Numbered from the stretch's first letter, positions 11,813 to 23,252 are shown. The stretch: 64,000 nt of DNA from Deinococcus sp. (GCA_965261005.1 OZ253375.1:864001-928000); one strand, 5' to 3'. Translations and numbers: made by a program. Notes: generated from the sequence alone by a model not told the origin.

Positions 11813-11870
11813 GTCGCGCCGCCTTTCGGTTTCAGCTTAAGAGCCGCAGGGAATGAACACAAGCGACTAA

Positions 11871-11915
11871 GCCATGATGCGTAGGGCCATGATGTGTAGG
11901 GCCATGACGCGCAGG
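11871..11915. repeat. 3 x 15-bp degenerate tandem repeat
   Basis: gccatgatgcgtagg / gccatgatgtgtagg / gccatgacgcgcagg. Confidence 0.85.
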
Positions 11916-11956
11916 GGCCGGGCACACAACGGCCTGACAAAAAAAACTTGACAAAG

Positions 11957-11984
11957 AAAAAGGGCAGACCCGAAGGTCTGCCCC
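11957..11984 (-). terminator. Intrinsic terminator downstream of HTH gene
   Basis: gggcagacc-cgaa-ggtctgccc with A-run on plus strand (T-run on minus). Confidence 0.75.
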
Positions 11985-11997
11985 GAGTTTTGATGTT

Positions 11998-12471
11998 TTA
12001 GGCCACGCGCTGCTGGTTGTCCACCACGGCTTCCTTGAGGCGGAAGATCACCAGGGAGCCGACAAAGGTGCAGGACACCAAGCCGTGCGCGTTCAGCAGC
12101 GACAAGGCGGCCATGATCTCCTCGCGGGTCAGGCGCAGCTGCTCGCTCATGTGCAGGGCGCTGTCGGCCCGGCCGCGCAGGTAGTCCTGAATGGTCTCGG
12201 CGGTGGGAGTCAGCGGCGTCGCGGGCACGTCGGCGAGGCCGGGGTCGGCCAGGCCGTAGACGGCGCGGGTCCCGGTGCCGGGCAGGCGGCGCACGCGGCC
12301 CTGGTCGAGCAGCGAGGCCAGCGCGGCGCGCAGGTGGCTGAGGGCCAGACCGGTGTGGCGGGCGAGTTCGGTCTCGACCCACTCAGGCTTGCTGTCGAGG
12401 GCGGCCAGCACCAGCTTCTCGTTGGCGCGGCGGGTCTGCTGCAAATCGTCAATGGTGGGGGGGTTGAACAT
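11998..12471 (-). CDS. Putative double winged-HTH DNA-binding protein
   Basis: ATG at 12471 after AGAGGAG; ETELARHTGLALSHLRAALASL and a second HTH-like block. Confidence 0.7.
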   Translation of the reverse strand: MFNPPTIDDLQQTRRANEKLVLAALDSKPEWVETELARHTGLALSHLRAALASLLDQGRVRRLPGTGTRAVYGLADPGLADVPATPLTPTAETIQDYLRGRADSALHMSEQLRLTREEIMAALSLLNAHGLVSCTFVGSLVIFRLKEAVVDNQQRVA

Positions 12472-12602
12472 GTGTTCTCCTCTGGCACAAAAACCCCGGC
12501 CATCGCCGGGGAGAGAGCGAACTGTAGTTCGTGCGCGGTAGCGCAACCTTTGTATATTGCCACAAAAAGGGCTGAATTTGGGTAACAATCGTCACGTTTT
12601 GG

Positions 12603-13523
12603 TCAGCTCTGGGACGAATTCTCGGGCAGCCAGGCGGCGCGCTCGTCGTGCGCGAACTGCCAAAAGGTGGTGGCCGGGCGCCCCAGCAGGCGGCGGGTAT
12701 CGGGCGTGACCTCGGCGGCGAGGCCCAGCTTGGCGGTGGTATAGATGGCGACCATGATCAGCACGTAGGCCACATTCGCGCCGCGCTCACGCCAAGCTGT
12801 GTAAAAAGCCCAGATCGAGGGATCGCTGTAGGTGATCCGCTCGTTCAGGATCAGCGAGAGTTTCAGCGCGACCTCGTCGTAGGTCAGGGCCTCGTCTCCC
12901 GTCAGGGGATAGGCCACGTCGCGGTGGCCCTCAAGCATGGCGAGCGCGGCGACGACGGCGATGTCGCGCGCGTCAATCAAGCTGGTGCGGCCGTGGCCGG
13001 CGGGCACGAACACGTCGTGGCGCTCCCGGATGTCCTCGGCGTGGGTGGTGCTGAGGTTCTGCATAAAAAAGCTCGGCCGCAAAAAGACCCAGGTCAGGCC
13101 CGAGGCCAGCAGCAGCTTCTCGATGGCGCGGTGGGGAAGAAGCGGGTTGCGCTCGGCGCCCATCAGTGAGAGAAACACCACCTGCTCCACCCCGGCCGCC
13201 TTCATGGCGTCAATGGCCGGCCCGAGGTCGCGCCTCGCGTTGGCGAGGTCAGGCGGGCGCATCAAGAAGACACTTTTTACCCCTTCAAAGGCGGAAAAGG
13301 TGCTGGCGTCGTGAAAGTCGAAGCGAACCGCCTCGGCGCCGGGTGGCAGCTGGGCCTTGTCCGGCGAGCGCACCGCCGCGCGCACCGGCACGCGGGCGGC
13401 GGACAGCAGCCTCAGCACCTCGCCGCCCACCGTGCCCGTCGCGCCCGTGACCAGCATCTGACGGCTGCGGACGTTCACCGTGTTTTCGGCCGCTCGTCGA
13501 GGATTGCTCACAGGGGTATCCAC
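12603..13523 (-). CDS. NmrA-like / atypical SDR NAD(P)-binding protein
   Basis: LVTGATGTVG, LRPSFFMQN, IDARDIA. Confidence 0.88.
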   Translation of the reverse strand: MDTPVSNPRRAAENTVNVRSRQMLVTGATGTVGGEVLRLLSAARVPVRAAVRSPDKAQLPPGAEAVRFDFHDASTFSAFEGVKSVFLMRPPDLANARRDLGPAIDAMKAAGVEQVVFLSLMGAERNPLLPHRAIEKLLLASGLTWVFLRPSFFMQNLSTTHAEDIRERHDVFVPAGHGRTSLIDARDIAVVAALAMLEGHRDVAYPLTGDEALTYDEVALKLSLILNERITYSDPSIWAFYTAWRERGANVAYVLIMVAIYTTAKLGLAAEVTPDTRRLLGRPATTFWQFAHDERAAWLPENSSQS

Positions 13524-13540
13524 CTTTCAAAACAATCAGA

Positions 13541-15015
13541 GTAACTGCTCAGCCGGAAAGCAGCAGGGGCTGTAAAGCGGGAAGGAAGAGGGCAAGCAAG
13601 CTGAGGAAAACAGCGTGACCTTGTTTGCGCAGCGTCGAGACGAAGGAGCGAATGCGGGCGAAGTGTGAGGCCCCCTTGCCTCGGAAGCTGCCGGAGACCT
13701 TTTGGCGCAGCTTGACCATGCGCAAGTCCCGCTCGGCCAAGTTGTTGGTGAAGGGCACCCGGAAGTCATGAGTGAAGCGCAGCACCGCGTCCTGGTGTTT
13801 GTGAAGCCGGTCGAGCAGATTCTTGCCCCGACGCTGCCGCTGCTTGCCACGCTGTCTTTTGGGCAGGGTGGGCAAGGTGGCGTGGTGCTTGAAGCCTGCG
13901 GCGAGGGCGCTTTGGTAACGCTGCTGCACTTCATGCCGCTGGGCTGGGGACAACTGGTCGTTCCCCTGCACCTTGGCGTCTTCGACGTGTTGCCTGGCAC
14001 GATGCAACACCGTCTGCATCTCTGCCGCCCAGTCTTCGTGCTCGAACTCGACCAGTGCGCGCAACTCCCGCAGCAAATGGGCAGCGCACAACGCGTGCTT
14101 GATGTCCAGACTGAAGTACATCCCGTAAGCGTCGTGCAGCACGGTGCCCTGGAAGTCATTCAGCACGCCTGTCTGCACCAGCGCTGCTTTGCCACGTGAA
14201 GCGTGCGCGCTCAGCAGCGTCCAACGGGCGTTGGAGACCACATGCAGCCAAGCGTTTTGACCGTCCTGCCGGTAGCTTGTTTCGTCCGCGTGCAGAACGC
14301 CTGAGCGCTGCAATGCCTGCTGGGCGTGTTGCTCGAAGTCGTTCAGCTGCTGATAGGCACGTTCACTAGCACTGAGCACCGTCGCTTCACACAGCTCCAC
14401 TCCGAACAACTCGTGCATGGCCTCGCACGTGCGTGCCAGACTCAAATACTGCGTCTGGTGTAGATACAAGGCCAGGGTCAACACGTGCGGCCCGTATTGC
14501 ACTCGGCTTGGTGTGGCTGCTGGAAAAGCAGCTTGCTCCCGTCGTCCACACTCAGGGCAGCACTTCACCTCCACCTGGTGCTCAGTGACGAAGAGCTTCA
14601 CCTCGGGCAAGTCGAACACCTGGCGTCCCACCGACGCGCTCGCTTCGATGCTGTCCCAACTTGCCCCACAAGGACACTGCCCCAACAGCGGGTGGACGAT
14701 CACTTCATCGGGATGCTCCACCATCTTCAGCGTCTTACCTTGACGCCCGCGTTGCCCACCACTCGCCTTGTCAAGCTTGCGCTCAGGACTGGGGTAGCGG
14801 GGTGGCTTGGGAAAGTCGCTCGAAGGCGGCTTGCTCGATAAGCTGCTGCTCAGCTTCAGCTGCCGTTCCAATTCGGCGATGCGCTCCAGTGCCAACAGCA
14901 GTTGGCGTTTCAGCTCGACGTTCTCGGCCAGCACTTCGTTGTACTTCGCTGCGCCGTTCATGCGCTCACCTTACCCCATCATTCCTTCCCTCCCCTTCTT
15001 CGCCTGAGCAGTTAC
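13541..15015 (-). mobile_element. IS66-family insertion sequence (single-ORF, ISBst12-like group), 1475 bp
   Basis: IRs GTAACTGCTCAG / CTGAGCAGTTAC; 8-bp target duplication CAATCAGA at 13533-13540 and 15016-15023. Confidence 0.93.
13549..14961 (-). CDS. IS66 family transposase
   Basis: SSKPPSSD, zinc ribbon, LHADET, HD, CAAHLLREL, VPFTNNLAERDLR. Confidence 0.93.
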   Translation of the reverse strand: MNGAAKYNEVLAENVELKRQLLLALERIAELERQLKLSSSLSSKPPSSDFPKPPRYPSPERKLDKASGGQRGRQGKTLKMVEHPDEVIVHPLLGQCPCGASWDSIEASASVGRQVFDLPEVKLFVTEHQVEVKCCPECGRREQAAFPAATPSRVQYGPHVLTLALYLHQTQYLSLARTCEAMHELFGVELCEATVLSASERAYQQLNDFEQHAQQALQRSGVLHADETSYRQDGQNAWLHVVSNARWTLLSAHASRGKAALVQTGVLNDFQGTVLHDAYGMYFSLDIKHALCAAHLLRELRALVEFEHEDWAAEMQTVLHRARQHVEDAKVQGNDQLSPAQRHEVQQRYQSALAAGFKHHATLPTLPKRQRGKQRQRRGKNLLDRLHKHQDAVLRFTHDFRVPFTNNLAERDLRMVKLRQKVSGSFRGKGASHFARIRSFVSTLRKQGHAVFLSLLALFLPALQPLLLSG

Positions 15016-15034
15016 CAATCAGAAGTCAAAACAA

Positions 15035-15826
15035 TCAGAAGTTGGTGCGGTTGGCCCGCTCATGGTCGAGCCGCACGGCGATTTCGAGCAGCAGCCGCTC
15101 GGTGGCGCGGTGAACGGTGTGCGGCAGGTCGTTCAGCTGGGTCACCGTCCACGCCTCGAAGGTGAAGTCCACGTCGGGCAAATCGCGCGCGGCGTCCACC
15201 GCGCTGAGCAGGGCAGCCTCGCCGTAGAGGCCCAAATATTCGGCGTGCACGATGTCGCCCTCGCGCAAAAAGAAGTCGGCGTCCAGCTCACCGAGGTGCA
15301 AGCTCAGCTGACCGCTTTTGTGGGTCTGTTGCAGCGAGCCGAGCAGCTCGAACAGGCCAAAGGCCGCCAGCGAGCCGCGCATCTGTGCACCTCGCATCTG
15401 GGCGCCGCGTATTTGAGGACCGTGCGATTGGGGGTTGGCCGTCCGGCCCGGGTCGTTTTCGGGGGCGCCCCCTAGCTTGGCGCCGGCCAGCGGGGCCAAG
15501 CGGCGCCACAGCTCGGTTGGCGACAAGGCCGCGTCAAAGACCACGTCACGCGGCGAGGTGTCAAAGGGCGCCTTGCCGCCGGGCAGCAGCAGCACAAAGG
15601 TCACGTCCGCGAGGGTGGGGTCGGCGCGCAGCTGCCGGTGAAAGTCGGCCCCGCTGACGTCTTCCAGCTGCTCGCCGCACACGATCACGTCGGGACGCCA
15701 CGCCTCCAGACGGCGCTGGGCGAACAGGGCGTTGCGCGCACGCTCGACGGCCACGCCGGCGTCGTGCGCCGCCAGCTCCAGGGCCAGCAGGCGCGGCTCG
15801 TGCAGGTAGACGAGCAGCAAGCTCAC
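15035..15826 (-). CDS. Receiver-like domain + DUF4388 (PatA-type) protein
   Basis: PDVIVC receiver-like N-terminus; GSL..FGLFELL..L..KSGQL..FFLREGDIVHA. Confidence 0.7.
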   Translation of the reverse strand: MSLLLVYLHEPRLLALELAAHDAGVAVERARNALFAQRRLEAWRPDVIVCGEQLEDVSGADFHRQLRADPTLADVTFVLLLPGGKAPFDTSPRDVVFDAALSPTELWRRLAPLAGAKLGGAPENDPGRTANPQSHGPQIRGAQMRGAQMRGSLAAFGLFELLGSLQQTHKSGQLSLHLGELDADFFLREGDIVHAEYLGLYGEAALLSAVDAARDLPDVDFTFEAWTVTQLNDLPHTVHRATERLLLEIAVRLDHERANRTNF

Positions 15827-15916
15827 GGTAGGGGGAACTGGGTCATGGCGCTAAAAGTCAATGTAACACCCGGGTCTCCCAACTCAGCGCCTCTCCACTC
15901 GGCGCACCCGATCTGG

Positions 15917-16369
15917 TCAGCGCGCCTGATCTGGCACCACCAAACGCCGCACCGCCTTGGGCGCGCCGAACAGGCCGGTCAGGTTCTGCACGAACAGCGA
16001 GTTATACACCGCGTAGTACACCGGGGCCGGCAGACGGTCGGACGGATAGAGGCCCAGCTTGATCGGAAAGCCGAGGGCCAGCGTCGCCACGACGACCAGG
16101 CCCAGCGCGCCGCCGCCCAGACCGCCGACCCAGAGGTGCCATACCTGCGGCGGCAACCGCCGCAGGGCGCGCGCCGCCGCCCAAGCCGCCGCGAAGCCCA
16201 GCACGAGGCCAAGGGCGGTGGCGACGGCCGGCTGCGGCGCCACGTTGCACAGCCACAAGGCGAGCGCCACAAAGACGGCCCACAAGCCGCCCGCCAAACC
16301 GCGCCGCAGGGCGACCACCGTCACGGCCGCCCACACCGTTACCAAGATCGCGTCGAACCAAGTGATCAT
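15917..16369 (-). CDS. Hypothetical membrane protein (CvpA-like)
   Basis: MITWFDAIL start and several hydrophobic helices. Confidence 0.6.
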   Translation of the reverse strand: MITWFDAILVTVWAAVTVVALRRGLAGGLWAVFVALALWLCNVAPQPAVATALGLVLGFAAAWAAARALRRLPPQVWHLWVGGLGGGALGLVVVATLALGFPIKLGLYPSDRLPAPVYYAVYNSLFVQNLTGLFGAPKAVRRLVVPDQAR

Positions 16370-16479
16370 ACGAGCTTCAATATAAGCTCATTCGGACGGC
16401 AGGGGCGCGGACTTTGTGACCGAAGACCGAATGTCGCGCGGGAACCGTGAGCGCGGCGGCGGCGCGCTAGACTTCCCCT

Positions 16480-17124
16480 ATGATTCGCGTGCTGCTGGCC
16501 GACGACCACGCCCTGTTTCGCCAGGGGCTGCGCAGCTTGCTCGAAAGCGAGGGGCTGCGCGTGATCGGCGAGGCGGAAAACGGGCGCGAGGCGGTGCGCT
16601 TCGCGGCCGAGACGCACCCAGACGTGATCTTGATGGACATTCAGATGCCCGAACTCGACGGCGTCAAGGCAACCCAGAGCATTCTGGAAATTGACCCCGG
16701 CGCCAAGGTCATTATGATCACCATGTACCGCCAAGACCGCTACGTGTTCGAGGCGGTCAAGGCCGGGGCGCGCGGCTACATTCTCAAGGACGCCGACGCC
16801 AGCGCGCTGCTCGACGCGATTCGGCGGGTGGCTTCCGGCGAAGCGCTCCTCAACGCCGACCTCGCCCAAAAGGTGCTGGACGACTTCCGCGACAAGCGCG
16901 CCATTTTGCCCAGCGAGAAGCACAGCGACCTCAACGAGCGCGAGACCACCATCCTGAAGCTGCTGGCGCAGGGCCACAGCAACCAGGACATCGCCCTCAG
17001 GCTCGACATCTCCGAAAAGACCGTGCGCAACCGCCTCTCCGAAATCTTCGCCAAGCTCCAACTGAACAACCGCACCCAGGCCGCCCTGTACGCCATTCGC
17101 GAGGGCATCGCCAACCTGGAGTGA
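16480..17124 (+). CDS. NarL/LuxR family response regulator
   Basis: LADDH, DVILMDI, GYILK, LuxR HTH (ISEKTVRN); TAGACT 6 nt upstream. Confidence 0.93.
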   Translation: MIRVLLADDHALFRQGLRSLLESEGLRVIGEAENGREAVRFAAETHPDVILMDIQMPELDGVKATQSILEIDPGAKVIMITMYRQDRYVFEAVKAGARGYILKDADASALLDAIRRVASGEALLNADLAQKVLDDFRDKRAILPSEKHSDLNERETTILKLLAQGHSNQDIALRLDISEKTVRNRLSEIFAKLQLNNRTQAALYAIREGIANLE

Positions 17125-17142
17125 GGCGCTAAGCTCGGGCGG

Positions 17143-17982
17143 ATGTCTGATCTCGAAGCTCTGTTGGAAACCCATCCCGGCCAGGTTTCCGTGCTGGTGC
17201 GCGACTTTTCGGGCGGGATGCTGTACGAGCGCCAAGCGGACCAGGTCTTTCCCTCCGCCTCGCTGATCAAGCTGCCCCTCTTGCTGCGCGCCTTGCAAAG
17301 GGTGGAACAGGGCGACCTCGACCTGGAGGGGCGGCTGACCATGCGCGCCGGGGACCGGGTGGGCGGTTCGGGCGTACTGCACGAGCTGGACGCGGGCCTA
17401 AACCTCACCCTGCGCGACCTCTTGACGCTGATGATCGTGGTGAGCGATAACACCGCCACCAACTTGGTAATCGGGCGCTTGGGCCTGGACGACGTGAACG
17501 CCTTTTTGCGCGGGGAGGGCTTGACCGACACCGAGCTGGTCGGCTTACTCCAGCTGCCGGAGGAGCGCCAGAGTGCCCGCCAACGGGCCGGCGAGCGCAA
17601 CCGCACCAGCGCCCGCGACATGGCCGAGTTGCTGCTGCGCTTGGTGAACGGCCGCCTGCTCTCCCCCGCCCTGACCGACCTGGCGCTGGGCATCCTGACC
17701 CGCCAGCAATTGCGCGACATCGTGGGGCGCGACGTACCCAGGGGCGCGGACGGCGAGCTGCTGTACCGCGTCGCCAGCAAGAGCGGCGAGCTGAACGGCG
17801 TTCACCACGACGTCGGTCTGGTATGGACGCCGCGACCGCTGATCGTGGCGGTGTTGAGCGCGGGCGGCCACGACCCACGCGAACACCCCGACAACCGCGA
17901 CCTCGCGCTGCTGGCGCGCTTTGCCGGCACCTTAATTGCGCGTTGCGGGGACATTCTTCCTGGAGCGGGCGCCCTACAGTAA
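17143..17982 (+). CDS. Class A beta-lactamase-like serine hydrolase
   Basis: SASLIK (SxxK), SDN, KSG, HDVG motifs. Confidence 0.85.
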   Translation: MSDLEALLETHPGQVSVLVRDFSGGMLYERQADQVFPSASLIKLPLLLRALQRVEQGDLDLEGRLTMRAGDRVGGSGVLHELDAGLNLTLRDLLTLMIVVSDNTATNLVIGRLGLDDVNAFLRGEGLTDTELVGLLQLPEERQSARQRAGERNRTSARDMAELLLRLVNGRLLSPALTDLALGILTRQQLRDIVGRDVPRGADGELLYRVASKSGELNGVHHDVGLVWTPRPLIVAVLSAGGHDPREHPDNRDLALLARFAGTLIARCGDILPGAGALQ

Positions 17983-18091
17983 GCGGCATAGGCAACACGT
18001 CTCTGAACGCTCTGGGAGGCGTGCTGGGCGCGTGCTATGCTTTCACCGCTTTCAGGCGAGCGCGAATTCGACTTCTTTTCGGGAGAGTGAC

Positions 18092-18955
18092 ATGGAACGA
18101 AACGACGCTGTGATGCCCATGGTCGCCATCGTGGTCGCGGCGGTGATGTGGGTGGTCCTGCTGTTCACCTTCAACCTGGACACCCAGGTGCCCAAGGTGG
18201 AGATTGACTCGGCCCTCCAAGCCTCGGCCGCCAAGGAATGGCCGGTGCTGGGCAAGGCGGTCTACACCCAGGCGGTGCCCTCTTGCGAAGGCTGCCACGG
18301 CGCCACTGGCGGCGGTGGTGTCGGCCCCGCCCTCAAGGGAGACAGCAAGATTCTGACCGACCCCGGCATCATCATTAACAACGTGCAAAAGGGCAAGGGC
18401 ATCATGCCGGCTTACCCTCAGCTCTCCAACGCGCAGGTGCTGGCGGCCGCCAACTATGTGCGCAACAGCTGGGGCAATCAGGCTGAGATTCTGGGGCCGG
18501 AGGTGTTGCAGGCCGCCGTGGTCAACCTCGACCCCAATGTTCTCAAGGTGCGCTCACGCTTCGTGCCCGAGGACATCAAGCTGCCGCAGATCTTCCTGGG
18601 CACCTTCGTAATGCTGCTGCTCACCTACGGCGTGATCGGGCTGTACTCGGTGTGGGCCGAGGGCGTGGAGCTTAAGCCCGGCATTCACAAGGTGCGCTCC
18701 GGGCCGACGGCGGTGTTGGCCATGATCCTGGTGCTGTCGAGCGCCATCTTCTTCTCGGTGATGTTCGGGCGCCAGATTGTTCTGGAGCTGATCGGGCAGG
18801 GCGCCAACCCGCCCGTGAACCCCACCGTAACCCACGAAGGCTTTTACTCGGCCATGATCTTCCTGAGCTTGGCCGCCGCGCTGGGCCTTTACAAAAAGTA
18901 CTTCATGGACTCCGAGGCCCTGATCGAGGACGCCAGCGGCGAGTTCCCGTGGTAA
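18092..18955 (+). CDS. Membrane c-type cytochrome of cytochrome bc complex
   Basis: CEGCH, IMPAY, YVRNSWGN; TM helices; first gene before Rieske and cytochrome b. Confidence 0.85.
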   Translation: MERNDAVMPMVAIVVAAVMWVVLLFTFNLDTQVPKVEIDSALQASAAKEWPVLGKAVYTQAVPSCEGCHGATGGGGVGPALKGDSKILTDPGIIINNVQKGKGIMPAYPQLSNAQVLAAANYVRNSWGNQAEILGPEVLQAAVVNLDPNVLKVRSRFVPEDIKLPQIFLGTFVMLLLTYGVIGLYSVWAEGVELKPGIHKVRSGPTAVLAMILVLSSAIFFSVMFGRQIVLELIGQGANPPVNPTVTHEGFYSAMIFLSLAAALGLYKKYFMDSEALIEDASGEFPW

Positions 18956-18977
18956 TGCAAACAATGGAGCGCACCCT

Positions 18978-19609
18978 ATGACCAAGTACCAACCCCTCGA
19001 TCCCGAAATCACCCGCCGCCGCTTCGTGAATGCCGCCCTGGGCGTGACGGCCGGCGTCAGCGGCATCGGCTTCATCACCATTCTCGGCAGCGCCAAGCCG
19101 GTCAACCGCCTGACCCCAGAAAAGCTGCCCCCCGTCACCGGCGACGTGCTGGTGTACGCCGAGGGCGACCAAACCGGCAAGCCGATCAACGCGACCAAGC
19201 TGGAGCCGCAGCCGGTCAAGGCTTGGGCCATGCAGGGCGACCTCGTCAAAAACGGGGAGCCGAACTACCTGCTGGTCGTCAGCAAGTTCCCGGACGGTGT
19301 GCTTCAGCCGCCCACCAACTTGCAACAGACCGCCTCTGGCGTGGTGGTCTACAGTTCGATTTGTACCCATCTGGGCTGCCAGGTGAACTGGAAGAACCTC
19401 AACAAGACCTACCTGTGCCCGTGCCACTCGTCGAACTTCGACCCCAAAAAGGGCTGCGTGGTGATTGGCGGGCCAGCACCCAGACCGCTGCCGCAGCTGC
19501 CGATTAAACTTGACGGGACCAAGCTGGTGGTGGCGGGAGCGTTCGACGAGATTCCTTACGGCGTGGACGAGGCCATCTACAGAACCGCTCTTCAGGAGGC
19601 GCAGAAAGC

Positions 19610-19613
<4 letters not shown>
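18978..19613 (+). CDS. petA: Rieske iron-sulfur subunit of cytochrome bc complex
   Basis: TRRRFV Tat motif, CTHLGC, CPCH, GPAPRPL. Confidence 0.9.
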
Positions 19614-20920
<1,307 letters not shown>

Positions 20921-20953
20921 GCCGACGACTAAAATACAATCTCAAGGTTGTCT

Positions 20954-20978
20954 GGGCGGGCCTCTGGCCCGCCCTTTT
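20954..20978 (+). terminator. Intrinsic terminator after bc operon
   Basis: gggcgggcc-tct-ggcccgccc-tttt. Confidence 0.8.
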
Positions 20979-21000
20979 GCTGGCCGGCTAGAGTTGAGGA

Positions 21001-22083
21001 ATGCGCGTTGCCGCCCTGTTGCTGTTGGCCCTCCTGCTGAGCGCCTGCCGGACGCTGCCTCCCAGCCCCACCGGCTTTGACCACTACGTCGCGCTGGGCG
21101 ACTCGCTGAGCGCCGGCTTTCAGTCCGGCGGTCTGACGGCAGGGGGCCAGCGTCACTCCTTTCCGGCGGTGCTGGCGACTCTGGCCGGCATCCCCTTCGG
21201 CGTGCCCGAAACGCACGACCCCGGCTGCCCGCCCCCCTACGGCGCGGGGTTGGGGCTGGGCATCTGCTTGCGGACCCATCCCTTCAGGCTGACCGAGAGC
21301 TTCGGCGTGCCCGGCGCCTTGGTGGCCGACCTGCTGCACACCTCGCAGGTGAACGCCGAGGACCTGCTCAAGCCGCTGTACGGCCTGATCCTGGGGCCAC
21401 GCGAGACTCAGGTCGAGGCCGCCTTGCGGCTGCGCCCGCGCTTTATCACCCTCTGGATCGGCGCCAACGACGTGCTTGGCCCGACCACGCGCGGCAAACC
21501 GGAACAGGCCACGCCGCCAACCGAATTCGAGGCCAGCTACGCCGAGCTGCTGGACGCCCTTGCGGCCAGCGGGGCCAACATCATCCTGATCACGGTGCCG
21601 GACGTGACCGGCATTCCCGGCCTGATTCCGGGCGCGCGCCTGGCCCAGCTGGGCCTCGGTGACGGCAGCTGCGCGGGCAGCCCCAACCGGGTGGCGCTGA
21701 GCACCCTACGCAACTGGCGCGTGGGCAAGCCGGTGTCGTGCGCTGTCCCCTACGCCCTGACGCCGCAAGAGCGCGCGGCGGCCCAAGCAACCGTGAACGC
21801 CTACAACGCCAGCATCCACAAGTTGGCGGCCGAGCGCGGCTACGGTGTCTTCGACGCCGACACCTTTCTGCGCGACGAAATCTTTCCCGCCTACGACCCC
21901 GAATCCAAACATCCCTTCGGCCCGGACTTCTCGCTGGACGGGGTGCATCCCTCCGACACTGGTTATGCCCGCATCGCGCGTGGGCTGGCCGCCTTTTTGA
22001 ACGCGAGGTACGGGACGAGCATTCCAGTTGAAGATACCCCTCACCCCCAGCTCCTCTCCCGCAAGGGGCGGGGGGAGCAATAA
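21001..22083 (+). CDS. SGNH/GDSL hydrolase, lipoprotein
   Basis: LLSAC lipobox, GDSLSAG, GAND, DGVHP. Confidence 0.88.
   Translation: MRVAALLLLALLLSACRTLPPSPTGFDHYVALGDSLSAGFQSGGLTAGGQRHSFPAVLATLAGIPFGVPETHDPGCPPPYGAGLGLGICLRTHPFRLTESFGVPGALVADLLHTSQVNAEDLLKPLYGLILGPRETQVEAALRLRPRFITLWIGANDVLGPTTRGKPEQATPPTEFEASYAELLDALAASGANIILITVPDVTGIPGLIPGARLAQLGLGDGSCAGSPNRVALSTLRNWRVGKPVSCAVPYALTPQERAAAQATVNAYNASIHKLAAERGYGVFDADTFLRDEIFPAYDPESKHPFGPDFSLDGVHPSDTGYARIARGLAAFLNARYGTSIPVEDTPHPQLLSRKGRGEQ
22036..22078. repeat. Degenerate solo copy of GCAA-loop repeat inside the last codons of the SGNH gene
   Basis: acccctcacccccagctcctctccc-gcaa-ggggcggggggagc. Confidence 0.65.
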
Positions 22084-22134
22084 CCTCAGCCCGAAACCAC
22101 GCTTTTCACGCCTGGCAGCTTTAAATTGGAGGCG

Positions 22135-23178
22135 ATGAAGCCAGTTTTCTCCTCGGCCGGCCTGCTCGCGGCGCTGGCCGTTGGCCTTGCCTCCGCCCAA
22201 TCCACTCCCACGATCTCCCGCTACGTCGCCCTGGGGGACTCGCTCACCGCCGGCTACCAATCGGGCGGCTTGCGCGCGGACGGGCAGCGCGCCGCTTACC
22301 CCACCCTGCTGGCAAAGGCGCTGAAGGTCCCCTTCGCCCTGCCCCTGACCCAGGACCCCGGCTGCCCGCCGCCGCTGGGCGCCCGCGCGGCCCCGACCTC
22401 GTGCCAGCGCCTCAATCCCGGCGAGAAGGTGAGCGACTTCGCGGTGCCGGGAGCGCAGGTGGGCGATGTGCGCGCCAGTTCGGCGAAGAGCGTTACGCCC
22501 GGGGCGAGGCCGCTGTACACCCTGATCCTGGGGCCGGACGACACACAGGTGAGCGCCGCTTTAAAGTCGAGGCCCGACCTGATTACCCTCTGGATCGGAA
22601 GCAACAACATCCTGGGGCCGGTGCTGAGCGGCAACCTGAGCGCCGCCACCCCGCCGGCCCAATTTGAGGCCAGCTACGCGCGGCTGCTGGACGCCCTGAA
22701 GCCCAGCGGCGCCCGCGTGGTGCTGCTGACCGTGCCCGACGTGACGCGGGTGCCGGCCCTGATTCCCGGCGCGCGACTGGCCGAATTGGGTCTGGGCGAC
22801 GCCAGCTGCGCGGGCAGCCAGGCCAAGGTGTCGGCGGCAACGTTGCTGCGCGGCGGCCTGACGGCCACCTTCGCCAACAAGCTCTCGTGCAGTGGCCCCG
22901 GCGTCCTGACCCCGCAGGAGGTGCGGCGCGCCCAGGAGACCGTGAACGCCTACAACACCAGCATTCGCCGGTTGGCGGCCGGGCGCGGGTACGCGGTCTT
23001 CGAGGTGGGCGACTTGCTCACCAATTCGCGGGACGTGTTCACGCTGGACTTCTCCAATCCCTTCGGCCCGGACTTCTCGCTGGACGGCGTTCACCCGTCG
23101 AGCCTCGCCCACGCCAAGCTCGCGGCGGCACTGACGGAGTTTATAAAACGGACCTATAACGTGCAGCCGGCGCCGTAG
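22135..23178 (+). CDS. SGNH/GDSL hydrolase, secreted (tandem paralog)
   Basis: Signal peptide, GDSLTAG, DGVHP; SD GGAGG before ATG 22135. Confidence 0.88.
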   Translation: MKPVFSSAGLLAALAVGLASAQSTPTISRYVALGDSLTAGYQSGGLRADGQRAAYPTLLAKALKVPFALPLTQDPGCPPPLGARAAPTSCQRLNPGEKVSDFAVPGAQVGDVRASSAKSVTPGARPLYTLILGPDDTQVSAALKSRPDLITLWIGSNNILGPVLSGNLSAATPPAQFEASYARLLDALKPSGARVVLLTVPDVTRVPALIPGARLAELGLGDASCAGSQAKVSAATLLRGGLTATFANKLSCSGPGVLTPQEVRRAQETVNAYNTSIRRLAAGRGYAVFEVGDLLTNSRDVFTLDFSNPFGPDFSLDGVHPSSLAHAKLAAALTEFIKRTYNVQPAP

Positions 23179-23252
23179 AGCCTGAGTTTGGACACGCCAC
23201 GACGGGCGGCCATTCGCTAGCATGGAGACCAACAAAGGAGCGTGAGAAGCAC

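Noticed and set aside
11871..11915. Short direct repeats as a possible CRISPR array
   Set aside because: 15-bp units are contiguous with no spacers, and there are no cas genes in the window.
15823..15846. Tiny ORF MTQFPLP overlapping the DUF4388 GTG start
   Set aside because: Too short to distinguish from chance or an old frameshift without comparative data.
17143..17982. Bona fide beta-lactam resistance gene
   Set aside because: No signal peptide and no clear omega-loop ExxLN motif; only a family-level call is supportable.
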